Below, piece after piece: positions 26,527 through 36,320 of a stretch of 45,283 nucleotides of DNA; positions within the stretch are counted from its first letter, which is position 1; each line of letters starts with the position of its first letter. The stretch spans positions 20,290-65,572 of the forward strand of contig JAWLEP010000007.1 in NCBI GenBank assembly GCA_041686025.1, written 5' to 3'. The notes beneath the pieces were generated by a model. The model was not told the origin of the DNA. It did not search any database and saw only the letters and a program-made list of their open reading frames with translations. The stretch comes from Candidatus Fermentibacteraceae bacterium (GTDB lineage: Bacteria; Fermentibacterota; Fermentibacteria; Fermentibacterales; JCC-6). The translations under genes were made by a program, and so were the position numbers.

Positions 26527-26556
26527 AAAAGGCGGGGCCGGCCATCCGGCCCCGCC
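26527..26556 (-). terminator. Intrinsic terminator, possibly bidirectional
   Basis: GGCGGGGCCGG-CCAT-CCGGCCCCGCC hairpin followed by TTTT on the minus strand. Confidence 0.7.
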
Positions 26557-26574
26557 ATGCGTACCGCGCTTCCG

Positions 26575-28107
26575 CTACAGGTGCTTCAGGGCGTAGTCTA
26601 TCGCCTCCACCACCACGTCGGCCTCCTGCCTGGTTATCACCAGCGGCGGCATCAGCCGCATGGTGGCGCCGGTGGAGAGCGACGAGTGGGCCCCCCGGTC
26701 CTTCATCAGCTCCTGGGCCTTCTTGACGTTCTCGGCGCTGTCCAGGTCCAGGGCCACCATCAGGCCTATGGTGCGGAACCCCTTCAGGTGCTCGGACTCG
26801 ATGGAGTCCAGGCGGTTGTGGAAGTAGTCGGCCATCTCCTTTACCCGGTTGGTCAGGTCCAGCGCCCGCATCTGCCGGGTGGCGATGAGGGCGGAGACCA
26901 TGGCCATGGGGTTGCCACCGAAGGTGGAGCCGTCGTAGCCGGGCTTCATGGAGGAGGCCACCTTCTCGTTGCTCACCACGGCCGTCACCGGATAGCCCCC
27001 GCCGAAGGACTTCCCGATGGTCATGATGTCGGGAACCACCCCGTAGCGGTCAGCGGCAAACCACTGCCCGGGGCCGTCGGAGACTCTGGCGAAGCCCGTC
27101 TGCACCTCGTCGACGATCATCAGCGCGTCGTGCTCGTCGCAGAGCTCGCGGAGTCCGTCTGCGAACTCCTGGGTGGCCGGCCGCATGCCGGCCTCCTCGC
27201 CCTGCACCAGCTCCAGCATCACGCTCTTGGCCTTGCCTTCTGCCAGGAGCTTCCCGACGGCTTCGAGGTCGTTGAAGGGGGCGAAGTGGACCCAGTCCTC
27301 GTCGTCCAGGCCGAAGGGCTTGCGGTAGGCCTCGTTGTGGGTGATGGCCACCGCACCGTGGGTGCGGCCGTGGAAGCCGCCCTCGAAGGCTATCACTCCG
27401 GTGTGGCCGGTGTGGGCCTTGGCCATCTTGATGGACTTGTCCACCGCCTCGCCGCCGGAGTTCTGCCAGTAGAAGTGCACCAGGCCCTGGGGCATCATGG
27501 GGGTGATCTCCTTGAGGAAGCGGGCCCGGGCCACCTGTATGCGGTCCTCCTTCTGGGATATCAGCAGGCGGGCCTGGTTGTAGAGCCCCCGGGCGATGGC
27601 ATCGTTGGAGTTGCCCAGGTTGGTGGCGCTGTAGTTGCTGTCCAGGTCCACGTAGACCCGTCCCCGGGAGTCCTGTATGAGGGCGCCCTCGCCGTTCACC
27701 GGCAGCAGGTCGTCCTCCAGGTGGGACACCGGGATCTTGAACCGCCGGTGCAGCTCCACCACCTCCCTGGTGGAGAGCTCGGACTCCATGAGGAAATCGG
27801 CCATCCGGGAGAGCTCTTCACCGCTGAGGTGCTGCAGGAGCACGGCGGCCACCCGGGTGGCGGCATCCACTGAGAGGGAGTCAAAGGGCTTTGCGCCTCC
27901 GGAGGCTTCCCGGCAGGCGGCTATCACCTCTCCCGCCTGCTCGCCGGAGCCCATCACCAGGCCCAGCACCTCGTTGATGCGGGCCAGCGTGGTGCCGGAG
28001 CGCTCGGGGTGCTTCACCGGGTCCAGTACCACCGCTTCCAGCAGGCTGTGCTGAAGCGACTTGATGTTGGTGTCGTCCTTGGGGAATGCGGATATGTCTC
28101 CCTGCAT
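26575..28107 (-). CDS. Class III PLP aminotransferase (ArgD/ornithine-type) with N-terminal extension
   Basis: NSGGEA, FHGRT, ELVQGE, VDEVQTGFAR, PDIMTIGKSFGGG, STFGGNP. Confidence 0.88.
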   Translation of the reverse strand: MQGDISAFPKDDTNIKSLQHSLLEAVVLDPVKHPERSGTTLARINEVLGLVMGSGEQAGEVIAACREASGGAKPFDSLSVDAATRVAAVLLQHLSGEELSRMADFLMESELSTREVVELHRRFKIPVSHLEDDLLPVNGEGALIQDSRGRVYVDLDSNYSATNLGNSNDAIARGLYNQARLLISQKEDRIQVARARFLKEITPMMPQGLVHFYWQNSGGEAVDKSIKMAKAHTGHTGVIAFEGGFHGRTHGAVAITHNEAYRKPFGLDDEDWVHFAPFNDLEAVGKLLAEGKAKSVMLELVQGEEAGMRPATQEFADGLRELCDEHDALMIVDEVQTGFARVSDGPGQWFAADRYGVVPDIMTIGKSFGGGYPVTAVVSNEKVASSMKPGYDGSTFGGNPMAMVSALIATRQMRALDLTNRVKEMADYFHNRLDSIESEHLKGFRTIGLMVALDLDSAENVKKAQELMKDRGAHSSLSTGATMRLMPPLVITRQEADVVVEAIDYALKHL

Positions 28108-28208
28108 CCTTCTTTTCCTTTCTCCTGTGCATGCGGAATAGGGCTATGTCAGCCGGCCGCGCCGGCGGCCGGTTGCTGTAGGGTCGGAAGTGGGCGGGGC
28201 GGCTGTGA

Positions 28209-29045
28209 CTAGTCTCTCTCCACCTCCTCAACCTCGCGGTACCATCTGAGCCTCTCGCCCACCATGCTGCGCAGCTTCCAGCGGAGGCCCTTGCGGCGGC
28301 TGTCGATCATCTCCCTCAGCCTGTCCACCTTCCGGCGGACGGCGGGAGCGTGCTCCTCCGAGAGATACTCTGCAGCGAAGTCGCGGGTCTTGTCCAGGTT
28401 CATGGTGGCGGTGCGCCACCAGCCCCAGTCACGGCCGCACAGGCGGGCCAGCCTGGCCCCGTTTATGGAGTCGGTGGCCCCCTCTTCCTCGGCGATGTCG
28501 TACTGGCTCAGCAGGACCATGACGTCCACAAGGTCCTTCCTGTTGATCTCCACTATCTGGAGCTTCTCCAGCAGCAGGTCGATGAGGGGAATGGTGGGTG
28601 AGTCCAGCTCCAGCCTTCCCCGGAAGTCGATCTCGTGGCAGAAGCGCAGCCTGTCCAGGAAGATGTCGGAGTGGATGGGGAGCTCGGGGTGGTAGAAGAT
28701 GCGGCGCTTGTCGCCGAAGAGGCGCAGCACGGTCATGTTCTCCTCCCAGCCCATCCCTTCGAACATGTCCTGCACACCGGCTATCTCCCGGGAGTAGGCC
28801 ATGAAGTCCACGTCTGTCAGGTAGCGGCCGTTGTCGTACTCCAGCTTCTTGTAGTCCGGGCAGCGCACGCGGAAGGCTATGGAGCCGATGGTCCTGATGG
28901 TGACGCCGTGCTCCTCCGCCCGCTCCATGAGCTCGGCCAGCAGGTCGAGGAACTTCCTCTCCTGTCCCGCCAGCTTCTGGGCCGTGAGCAGGTCACCGGG
29001 CTCCAGGAACGGGGCGTGCGCGTCCTCGGGAAGCCTCTGCGGCAT
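28209..29045 (-). CDS. Uncharacterised Pol-beta-fold nucleotidyltransferase-like protein
   Basis: IGSIAF...TDVDF (GS and DxD), third Asp in HSDIF, LLLEKLQI..IN.KD..D. Confidence 0.7.
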   Translation of the reverse strand: MPQRLPEDAHAPFLEPGDLLTAQKLAGQERKFLDLLAELMERAEEHGVTIRTIGSIAFRVRCPDYKKLEYDNGRYLTDVDFMAYSREIAGVQDMFEGMGWEENMTVLRLFGDKRRIFYHPELPIHSDIFLDRLRFCHEIDFRGRLELDSPTIPLIDLLLEKLQIVEINRKDLVDVMVLLSQYDIAEEEGATDSINGARLARLCGRDWGWWRTATMNLDKTRDFAAEYLSEEHAPAVRRKVDRLREMIDSRRKGLRWKLRSMVGERLRWYREVEEVERD

Positions 29046-29995
29046 CAGCCCTCCACCTTCCACTGGTTGGCCACCCGGCCGTCCTCGACCTCTATGATGT
29101 AGCCCCGCAGTATGCCCTCACCGTACTCGGAGCCGGGGTTCACCACGGTGACCCCCGCCACTTCGTCGTGGCCGGTGGACTCGTGTATGTGCCCGTGCAG
29201 CCCGATCATGGGCCGGTACTTCTCTATGGCCCAGGCCACCGACTCGCTTCCCACGTGCACGAAGTTCACCTGGCCGGCGATGGTCACCGGCTTCTTGCTG
29301 GCGTCCAGCTCCGGGGCCAGGTCCAGCATGGTCCCCTTGGGCGGGGCGTGGAAGTTGAAGATGGCCCTGCCCGGGTCGTCCAGCTGCTTCACCAGCTTCT
29401 TTATCCTCTTCTTCAGGCCCCGCTCGCTGTCCTCCCGGGGGGTGTCCCAGGGGGTGGGATTCACGTAGTCCAGGCTGATCATGGGAGCCCCCAAGACGTC
29501 CACCGGTCCGTCCAGGCACCAGCGGACCCCCCGGTCTCCGAAGGACCTGATCACGTCGTCGACCTCCCAGTCGTCGTCGTTGCCGGGCATGACGATGGCG
29601 TCCACGCTGGACAGGTCCACCCTGTCTATCAGCATCTCCATCCAGCTGGCCATGCGGTCCTTTATCATCCCCATCATCAGGTCCTCGAGGCCCTGGGGGT
29701 CGCCCTGCAGCTCCTCCACCCTGTCGGGGTCGCAGCGCAGCGTGTAAGCGCCGGCGTCCCGGATCCGCCCCTCCATCTCGTCGCACTCGCTGCCCTCCTC
29801 CAGGGTCCAGTTCCTGCCGAAGTAGAAGGCCTCCCACTTTCCGCCTCCCTGGTCGATGATGGGCACCAGGGACTTGCCGGTAAGGTCTCCGCACAGCAGC
29901 AGCGCGTCGGCGTCGTATAGCTCCGGCACCCGGAGCCACTTCCTCCAGACGCTCTCCGCCCCATGCACGTCTACCGAGAAGAAGATTCTGCCCAA
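29045..29995 (-). CDS. Calcineurin-like (Icc-related) metallophosphoesterase
   Basis: DVHG, GDLTGK, PGNDD, FHAPP, GLHGHIHE, NPGSEY. Confidence 0.88.
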   Translation of the reverse strand: MGRIFFSVDVHGAESVWRKWLRVPELYDADALLLCGDLTGKSLVPIIDQGGGKWEAFYFGRNWTLEEGSECDEMEGRIRDAGAYTLRCDPDRVEELQGDPQGLEDLMMGMIKDRMASWMEMLIDRVDLSSVDAIVMPGNDDDWEVDDVIRSFGDRGVRWCLDGPVDVLGAPMISLDYVNPTPWDTPREDSERGLKKRIKKLVKQLDDPGRAIFNFHAPPKGTMLDLAPELDASKKPVTIAGQVNFVHVGSESVAWAIEKYRPMIGLHGHIHESTGHDEVAGVTVVNPGSEYGEGILRGYIIEVEDGRVANQWKVEG

Positions 29996-30010
29996 GCCTG
30001 CATCACCTCT

Positions 30011-31591
30011 CTATTCTGGGGGGATCTGGGAGTAGATCTTGCTCACGTCCACGCCCTCCCGACGGTTCTTGGCCTGCTGCACCAGGTATACCACCAGGCC
30101 GGCCAGCATCACGCCGATAAGGGTCAGCATGACCACGGGGTTGAAGTTGCGGATGGACAGGTAGATGAAGAACCAGCCCACCAGGAACGCGAAGCAGCCC
30201 AGTATGCTGATCACCGGCACCCCGAACAGGCTCCACTGCACCGGCGATCGGTCGTAGATCTCCGGCTTGTGGTAGGGCAGCAGCATGGTGGCCAGGCCGT
30301 AGGGCCAGAAGATGAAGAAGGTGGTGAGGGTGAGTATGGCCAGTATCACGTCCACCGAGAGCATCATGATCAGCACGCCCACGATGCAGAATACCGCGTT
30401 GAGGTGGACGGCGTTGGTGGGCGAGCCGGTCCGCCGGTTCACCGCCGAGAGGGCCTTGGGGAAGGACTTGTCCATGGACATGGCGAAGGCCAGACGGGAG
30501 TTGGCCAGGAAGCCCGGGAGTATGGAGTTGGCGAACCACAGGGCGATGCTCACCGCCACCACCAGGCCGAACCAGACGTTGCCGGCTATCGCCATGAAGT
30601 AGAAGGGTACCGAGGGCTGCACCAGGCCGCCCATGACCTCCTCCAGCACCTCCGGGTGGTTGTCGTAGAGGAAGTCGTAGGAGGTGATGAAGTCTCCGAA
30701 GGCGCTGTAGGTGGAGAGGACGATCACCACGTACATCATGCCCACGAAGGCGGTGCCTATGGTGAAGCCACGTATCATGCTGGTCTTGGGGGTCTTAACC
30801 TCGCCGCCGGCGTAGTTGATGATGGTGATGCTGGCGTAGGCCCAGACTACCACGATCAGCGACCGGATGGTCTCGCCGAAGCTGAAGGAGGTCTCCCGCA
30901 GCCCCAGGTCGGACGCCCGCTGCATTATGGTCTCGAAGGTGCCGGTGCCCCAGGTGGCGTTGAAGCTCTCCGCCACGCCGGGCATCCCACCGGAAAGCAG
31001 GAACCAGACCACGGCTATTGCGGTGCCCACCAGGGGTATGAAAAACATGGCCCTCATCAGGTTCTTCACCTTGCGGATCCCCTTGTAGGCGATGAGCCAG
31101 AACAGCCCCACCCAGAGGAACCCGCCCACCAGCTGCCAGTGGGGGGTCTGCATCACCCGGCCCACGGAGGCCAGCCATCCGATGCCGCTGCTGAGGGCGG
31201 CGGTGGAGAAGGCAGAGCCCATCAGCCCCACGACTATGTAGCCGAGGACCCCGCTGGAGATGCCGTAGCCGATGAACAGCAGCCAGGCGCTCAGGTAGCC
31301 CATGGTGGGCCCCAGCACCCGGCTCACCGCGATGTAGAGCCCTCCCGAACGGGGCATGGTGGCGGACGTTATCGCCACCAGGAGCGTTATGGGAAGGAAG
31401 ACGGCCAGACCGATGAGGAACGCCAGGGGCAGGCTGGCCCCCGGATAGTCGGCGGCGGTGGAGACGGAGTAGAAGGTCACTCCGGATGCCGCCGGACCCG
31501 CTACCACGAAGATGAAGACGTCGAACCAGGACAGCTCCCGGACCAGGCCGGAGGCCCTGCGGGTAAAGATGACACCCTTGCTCGAGGACAT
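30011..31591 (-). CDS. APC-family amino acid/polyamine permease
   Basis: FTRRASGLVRELS, MPRSGGLY, AGGEVK, SRLAFAMSMD; about 12-14 TM helices. Confidence 0.88.
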   Translation of the reverse strand: MSSSKGVIFTRRASGLVRELSWFDVFIFVVAGPAASGVTFYSVSTAADYPGASLPLAFLIGLAVFLPITLLVAITSATMPRSGGLYIAVSRVLGPTMGYLSAWLLFIGYGISSGVLGYIVVGLMGSAFSTAALSSGIGWLASVGRVMQTPHWQLVGGFLWVGLFWLIAYKGIRKVKNLMRAMFFIPLVGTAIAVVWFLLSGGMPGVAESFNATWGTGTFETIMQRASDLGLRETSFSFGETIRSLIVVVWAYASITIINYAGGEVKTPKTSMIRGFTIGTAFVGMMYVVIVLSTYSAFGDFITSYDFLYDNHPEVLEEVMGGLVQPSVPFYFMAIAGNVWFGLVVAVSIALWFANSILPGFLANSRLAFAMSMDKSFPKALSAVNRRTGSPTNAVHLNAVFCIVGVLIMMLSVDVILAILTLTTFFIFWPYGLATMLLPYHKPEIYDRSPVQWSLFGVPVISILGCFAFLVGWFFIYLSIRNFNPVVMLTLIGVMLAGLVVYLVQQAKNRREGVDVSKIYSQIPPE

Positions 31592-31837
31592 GGCACCTCC
31601 CGTTACATGTCGCTTTAATTTGCTGGATGAACTATGCAATCTCAACTAAACACATGCCGGGAGCACTGTCAACCGCGGCGGCCGCGGAACGGTTGGCGTT
31701 TCGGCGGGTTCTTCAATTGGTTGTCTGCAATTCTTTACCGGCGCGTGTTGTTTTGTTAGACTAACCAAGTAGGTTACTCTTCCCCTTCCATATGACACTG
31801 AACCAGCGCCCGGCACACCGAACGAATGGAGGCTCAG

Positions 31838-33856
31838 ATGCGTTTCGCTCTCATGGCGGGTCTAGTGCTTGCCGCCGCCCTCGCCGCCGGCGAGATCCGC
31901 GTTCCCATAGACGACGGCTACCCGAACGCCAGGGTGGTCCAGATGGACGGCCTGGACCGGATCGTCCTTCCCGGCGCCCGCACGATTTTCCCCGAGGGCG
32001 CTCCCGACCTTCCCGGCGTGGGCGGGGCCTACGTGCTTCCCCAGGGCACCCGGCTGACGGATGTCCGGGTGGAGAACGCCAGCTTCCGCAGCGTCGGGCG
32101 CTACGATATGGCCACGGTGCGGATAGTCCCCACGGGGCAGGAGCCCGGGGACTACCTCTACAACGATGCCTGGCTGGAGGGCGGCGCATTTCCCTCCTCC
32201 CCCGTGGTCGACTTCCACACCGGCCACAAGACCGGTTTCGTGATCGGCTCCTACACCCTCTCCCCCTTCCGCTACAACACGGACAACGGCGCCCTCGAGG
32301 TTCTGGTGGAGGGCGAGCTGGTGATGGAGTACGGCCCGTCTGAGGCTGTCCGCATGAACCTCTCCTCCAACCAGGTGAACACCGCCAGGGCAGCGGTGGA
32401 GGGCATGGTGGCCAACCCGCAGGACGCAGCCGCCTTCGCTCCCGCCATGACCGACGGCGGCAAGGACTGGGCCCCCTGGATAGCCATCGGCGACGAGGAG
32501 ATGGAGGACGAGCTGCAGCCCCTGGTGGACCACAGGGCCATCACCGCCGGGGGAGCGGAGTTCGTCAGCCTCCAGTACATCTACGACAACTACGACGGCT
32601 GGGACACGCAGGAGCAGATACGCAACTTCCTCATCGACGGCTACGAGAACCACGGTCTGGTCTACGCCCTGATCATCGGCGACTACGGCGAGACCACCAG
32701 GATCTCCAAGCTCTCCGTCTACGGCAACACCCTGAACTCCACCACCGACCTCTACTACAGCGACCTGGACGGCACCTGGGACGCCAACGGAAACCACCAG
32801 TACGGCGAGAGCAACGACGACGTAGACTACTACTCCGATATCTACGTGGGCCGCTTCGCAGCCGACAACGCCTCCTGGGTATCCACCATGGTGGACAAGA
32901 CACTCGCCTACGAGGACGGCACCGACAGCGGCGAGTGGTACGAGTCCGCCCTGTTCTGCGGGGCCGTGCTCTGGCCGGAGTACAGCTACACGGGCGCCAC
33001 CATATGCGACGAGGTGGCGGGCATGCTTCCCTCCGGCTGGACGGCCCACAAGCTCTACGAGTCCCTGGGAGGAAGCCATCCCAACAACCAGATCGACGTC
33101 CTCAACGACGGAGTTGCCTACTTCCAGCCCACCGGCCACGGCTACAGCAACGGGGTGTTCTGGTACTACGATCCCTCGGACATGATCACCACCAGCAACT
33201 ACACGCAGCTCACCAACATAGACATGCTGCCGGTGGTCCACTCCATCGCCTGCCTGGCCGGAAAGCTCAGCACCGCCTCGCTGGCGGAGAGGCTGATGCT
33301 GGCCCCCAACGGCGGCACAGTGGCCAACATGTTCAACTCCGACAACGGCTGGGGCTCCCCGCCCAGCATGGGCCCCTCGGAGTGGCTCAACTACTACGTG
33401 GCCCAGAAGCTGTTCGTGGATGAGGAGTACGAGATAGGAGTCACCCACGCCACCGGCAAGGACGCCTTCAAGTCCTCCGGAGGCATGGCGTACCAGAACT
33501 GGTGCCTGCAGGAGAACAACCTGCTGGGCGACCCGGCCCTGATGTTCGTGACCGGTCAGACGGGAGTGGAGACACCGGATCCCGCGACCCCCTCGGCGGT
33601 ATCGCTGGCCGCCCCCACTCCCAACCCGGCGCCCGGTGCCTTCTCCGTGGCCTACAGCCTTCCTGCCTCCGCCACCGGCGAGCTGGCCGTCTACGACATG
33701 ACCGGCAGGCGGGTCCGCACTCTGGCGGCGGGACAGCTTCCCGCCGGCGACCACTCGGCGCAGATGGAGGGCGCCAGCCTGCCAGCCGGCGCCTACAACG
33801 TCCTTCTGCAGACGAACCTGGGCACCGCCAGCCGGAGGGTGGTTATCCTCCGCTAG
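31838..33856 (+). CDS. Peptidase C25 (gingipain-like) with propeptide and T9SS-type C-terminal domain
   Basis: Signal peptide; GAPDLP propeptide motif; DLYYSDLDG, YVGRF; catalytic His (TGHG) and Cys (SIAC); NLLGDP; PNP...YDMTGRRV tail. Confidence 0.88.
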   Translation: MRFALMAGLVLAAALAAGEIRVPIDDGYPNARVVQMDGLDRIVLPGARTIFPEGAPDLPGVGGAYVLPQGTRLTDVRVENASFRSVGRYDMATVRIVPTGQEPGDYLYNDAWLEGGAFPSSPVVDFHTGHKTGFVIGSYTLSPFRYNTDNGALEVLVEGELVMEYGPSEAVRMNLSSNQVNTARAAVEGMVANPQDAAAFAPAMTDGGKDWAPWIAIGDEEMEDELQPLVDHRAITAGGAEFVSLQYIYDNYDGWDTQEQIRNFLIDGYENHGLVYALIIGDYGETTRISKLSVYGNTLNSTTDLYYSDLDGTWDANGNHQYGESNDDVDYYSDIYVGRFAADNASWVSTMVDKTLAYEDGTDSGEWYESALFCGAVLWPEYSYTGATICDEVAGMLPSGWTAHKLYESLGGSHPNNQIDVLNDGVAYFQPTGHGYSNGVFWYYDPSDMITTSNYTQLTNIDMLPVVHSIACLAGKLSTASLAERLMLAPNGGTVANMFNSDNGWGSPPSMGPSEWLNYYVAQKLFVDEEYEIGVTHATGKDAFKSSGGMAYQNWCLQENNLLGDPALMFVTGQTGVETPDPATPSAVSLAAPTPNPAPGAFSVAYSLPASATGELAVYDMTGRRVRTLAAGQLPAGDHSAQMEGASLPAGAYNVLLQTNLGTASRRVVILR

Positions 33857-33873
33857 CGGCAGCGTCCATGCAC

Positions 33874-33908
33874 GGCCCCGGGGCTTTCGGTCCCGGGGCC
33901 TTTTCTTT
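33874..33908 (+). terminator. Intrinsic terminator
   Basis: GGCCCCGGG...CCCGGGGCC hairpin followed by TTTTCTTT. Confidence 0.85.
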
Positions 33909-34010
33909 CGGAAGGCCGGGGTTGAGGACGCCGTCCTTTTTGCCTAGCTTCTCCTCACCCGCTGGCGGGGAGGCCGGGAGGCCCGCCCCCATGCTGAGAG
34001 GGAGGTCGCT

Positions 34011-35144
34011 TTGGACCATCTGACCACGCTGCGTCACCGTCTCCACTCCCGGCCCGAGCTCTCCCACCACGAGGAGCTTACGGCCGCCGAGCTGGCGGGC
34101 TTCCTGAAGTCCCTGAATGCGGGGGAGCTTGCCACAGGGCTGGGCGGCAACGGGCTCGCCCTGGTCTTCGCAGGGGTGGAGGCCGGTCCACGGGTCCTCC
34201 TGAGGGCCGACATGGACGCCCTTCCCATCCCCGACTCCATAGGGGCCGATTACGCTTGCGAAGAACACGGCATCGGCCACAAGTGCGGGCACGACGGCCA
34301 CATGGCCATTCTCTGCGGCGTGGCCGAGAGGCTGGCCGCCTCGCCGCCGGCCGGGGGGGAGGCCGTGCTGCTTTTCCAGCCGGCAGAGGAGACGGGCGAG
34401 GGTGCCGCCCTGGTGCTTGCGGACGGGGCATTCCGCCGCTTTCTGCCGGACCGGGCCTACGCCCTCCACAACCTGCCGGGATTCCCCCAGGGCTCAGTGG
34501 TGATCAGGGAGGGCTGCTTCGCCTCCGCCTCCCGGGGCATGGTGGTGGAGCTTCACGGGGAGTCGGCCCACGCGGCCCAGCCCCATCTGGCCAGGGGGCC
34601 GGCGCTGGCGGTGGCCCGGCTGATAACGGGGATCTCCTCGCTGCCCCAGACCGCCACCGCGCTCCATCAGCCGGCCAAGGCCACCGTGATACACGCCAGG
34701 CTGGGGTCGGAGGCCTTCGGCACCACCCCCGGCGAGGCGGTGGTGATGGCCACGCTCCGCACGCACTCCGAGGAGGCCATGGATGACCTTGCCTGCGCCG
34801 CGGAGAGACTGGCAAAGTCCGCGACGGAGCCTGCGGGCCTGGATGTGCGCATCTCCTGGAAGCAGGAGTTTCCCGCCACCATCAACGACCCCGATGCGGC
34901 GGAATACGTGGCCGCCGCGGCCGCCGGCCTGGGCCTGGATGTGATCCGGCCGTCCCGGCCCTTCCCCTGGTCGGAGGACTTCGGCCACTTCACCGGCCGC
35001 TTCGGGGGAGCCCTCTTCGGCCTGGGAGCCGGGGAGGACCATGCACCCCTGCACAGCAGCACCTACGATTTCCCCGACGGGCTGATCCCGGTGGGCGTGG
35101 ACCTCCTGGAAGCACTGCTCCGGCGCTCCCTGGCAGGCGGCTGA
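34011..35144 (+). CDS. M20D-family amidohydrolase
   Basis: LHSRPELS, RADMDALP, HKCGHDGH, FQPAEE, SEDF. Confidence 0.9.
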   Translation: MDHLTTLRHRLHSRPELSHHEELTAAELAGFLKSLNAGELATGLGGNGLALVFAGVEAGPRVLLRADMDALPIPDSIGADYACEEHGIGHKCGHDGHMAILCGVAERLAASPPAGGEAVLLFQPAEETGEGAALVLADGAFRRFLPDRAYALHNLPGFPQGSVVIREGCFASASRGMVVELHGESAHAAQPHLARGPALAVARLITGISSLPQTATALHQPAKATVIHARLGSEAFGTTPGEAVVMATLRTHSEEAMDDLACAAERLAKSATEPAGLDVRISWKQEFPATINDPDAAEYVAAAAAGLGLDVIRPSRPFPWSEDFGHFTGRFGGALFGLGAGEDHAPLHSSTYDFPDGLIPVGVDLLEALLRRSLAGG

Positions 35145-35147
35145 ACC

Positions 35148-36320
35148 GTGTTCGACACCTCCGTAATCGAGCTGAGCCGCGGGGCCCTGAAGAGGAACTT
35201 CCACTTCATGAGAAGACGGCTGGGCCCTCACCCGGTAATCAGCTGCGTCATCAAGGGAAACGCCTACGGCCACGGCATAGAGTCCTTTCTCCCCATGGCC
35301 GAGGAGTGCGGCGTCGGGCACTTCTCGGTGTTCAGCGCCTCCGAGGCGGTGAGGGCGGTGGACAGCAGCAGCCGCGACTCCACGCACGTCATGGTGATGG
35401 GCCACATCGAGGGGGAGGCCATACCCTGGGCGGTGGAGCACGGCGTCTCCTTCTACGTCTTCGACCTCGACAGGCTGGAGGCGGCCCGCAAGGCGGCAGC
35501 TGCGGTGGGAAGGCGGGCCCTGGTGCACCTGGAGGTGGAGACCGGTCTCAACAGGACCGGCCTGGGCGACGGAGACCTGGACCGGGCCCTGGAGGTCCTG
35601 GCCGCAAACAGGGACCTCCTGAGGCTTTCCGGCGTATGCACCCACTACGCCGGAGCCGAGAGCGTGAACAACTACCTGCGAATACAGGAGCAGAAGAGGC
35701 GGTACGAGCATGCGCTGAAGAGGGTGAGCGACGCGGGACTGGAGCCGGGCCTTCGCCACACCGCCTGCTCCGCTGCGGCCCTCACCTACCCCGAGACCGT
35801 TATGGACATGGTGCGTACGGGTATAGCAATGTACGGCTTCTGGCCCAGCGAGCAGACCAAGATGTACTACATACGCAACTGCTGCCAGACCCCCAGCCAG
35901 CGGAAGGCCAATCCCCTGCGGCGGGTGATGCGCTGGAAGAGCAGCATCATGTCGCTGAAGGAGGTGGAGGCGGGGGAGTTCATCGGATACGGAACCTCCT
36001 GCCTGGCTACCAGGAAGCGGGTCCTGGCCTCCGTGCCGGTGGGCTACTATCACGGCTTCGCGCGGTCGCTGAGCAACCTGGGCTACGTGCTGGTCCACGG
36101 ACGGCGGGCAAACGTGGCCGGCCTGGTGAACATGAACGCCCTGCTGGTGGACGTCACGGACATGAACGGGAAGGTGCGCAAGGGCGACGAGGTGGTGCTG
36201 ATCGGGAGGCAGAAGAGGTCGCACATCTCGGTGAGCTCCTTCAGCGACCTGACCCGCAATCCCAACTACGAGGTGCTCACCCGCATACCCGCCTGCATAC
36301 CCAGGGTGGTGGTGGACTGA
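35148..36320 (+). CDS. alr: Alanine racemase-family PLP enzyme
   Basis: VIKGNAYGHG (PLP Lys), ETGLNRTG, IGYG (catalytic Tyr), NYEVL. Confidence 0.88.
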   Translation: MFDTSVIELSRGALKRNFHFMRRRLGPHPVISCVIKGNAYGHGIESFLPMAEECGVGHFSVFSASEAVRAVDSSSRDSTHVMVMGHIEGEAIPWAVEHGVSFYVFDLDRLEAARKAAAAVGRRALVHLEVETGLNRTGLGDGDLDRALEVLAANRDLLRLSGVCTHYAGAESVNNYLRIQEQKRRYEHALKRVSDAGLEPGLRHTACSAAALTYPETVMDMVRTGIAMYGFWPSEQTKMYYIRNCCQTPSQRKANPLRRVMRWKSSIMSLKEVEAGEFIGYGTSCLATRKRVLASVPVGYYHGFARSLSNLGYVLVHGRRANVAGLVNMNALLVDVTDMNGKVRKGDEVVLIGRQKRSHISVSSFSDLTRNPNYEVLTRIPACIPRVVVD

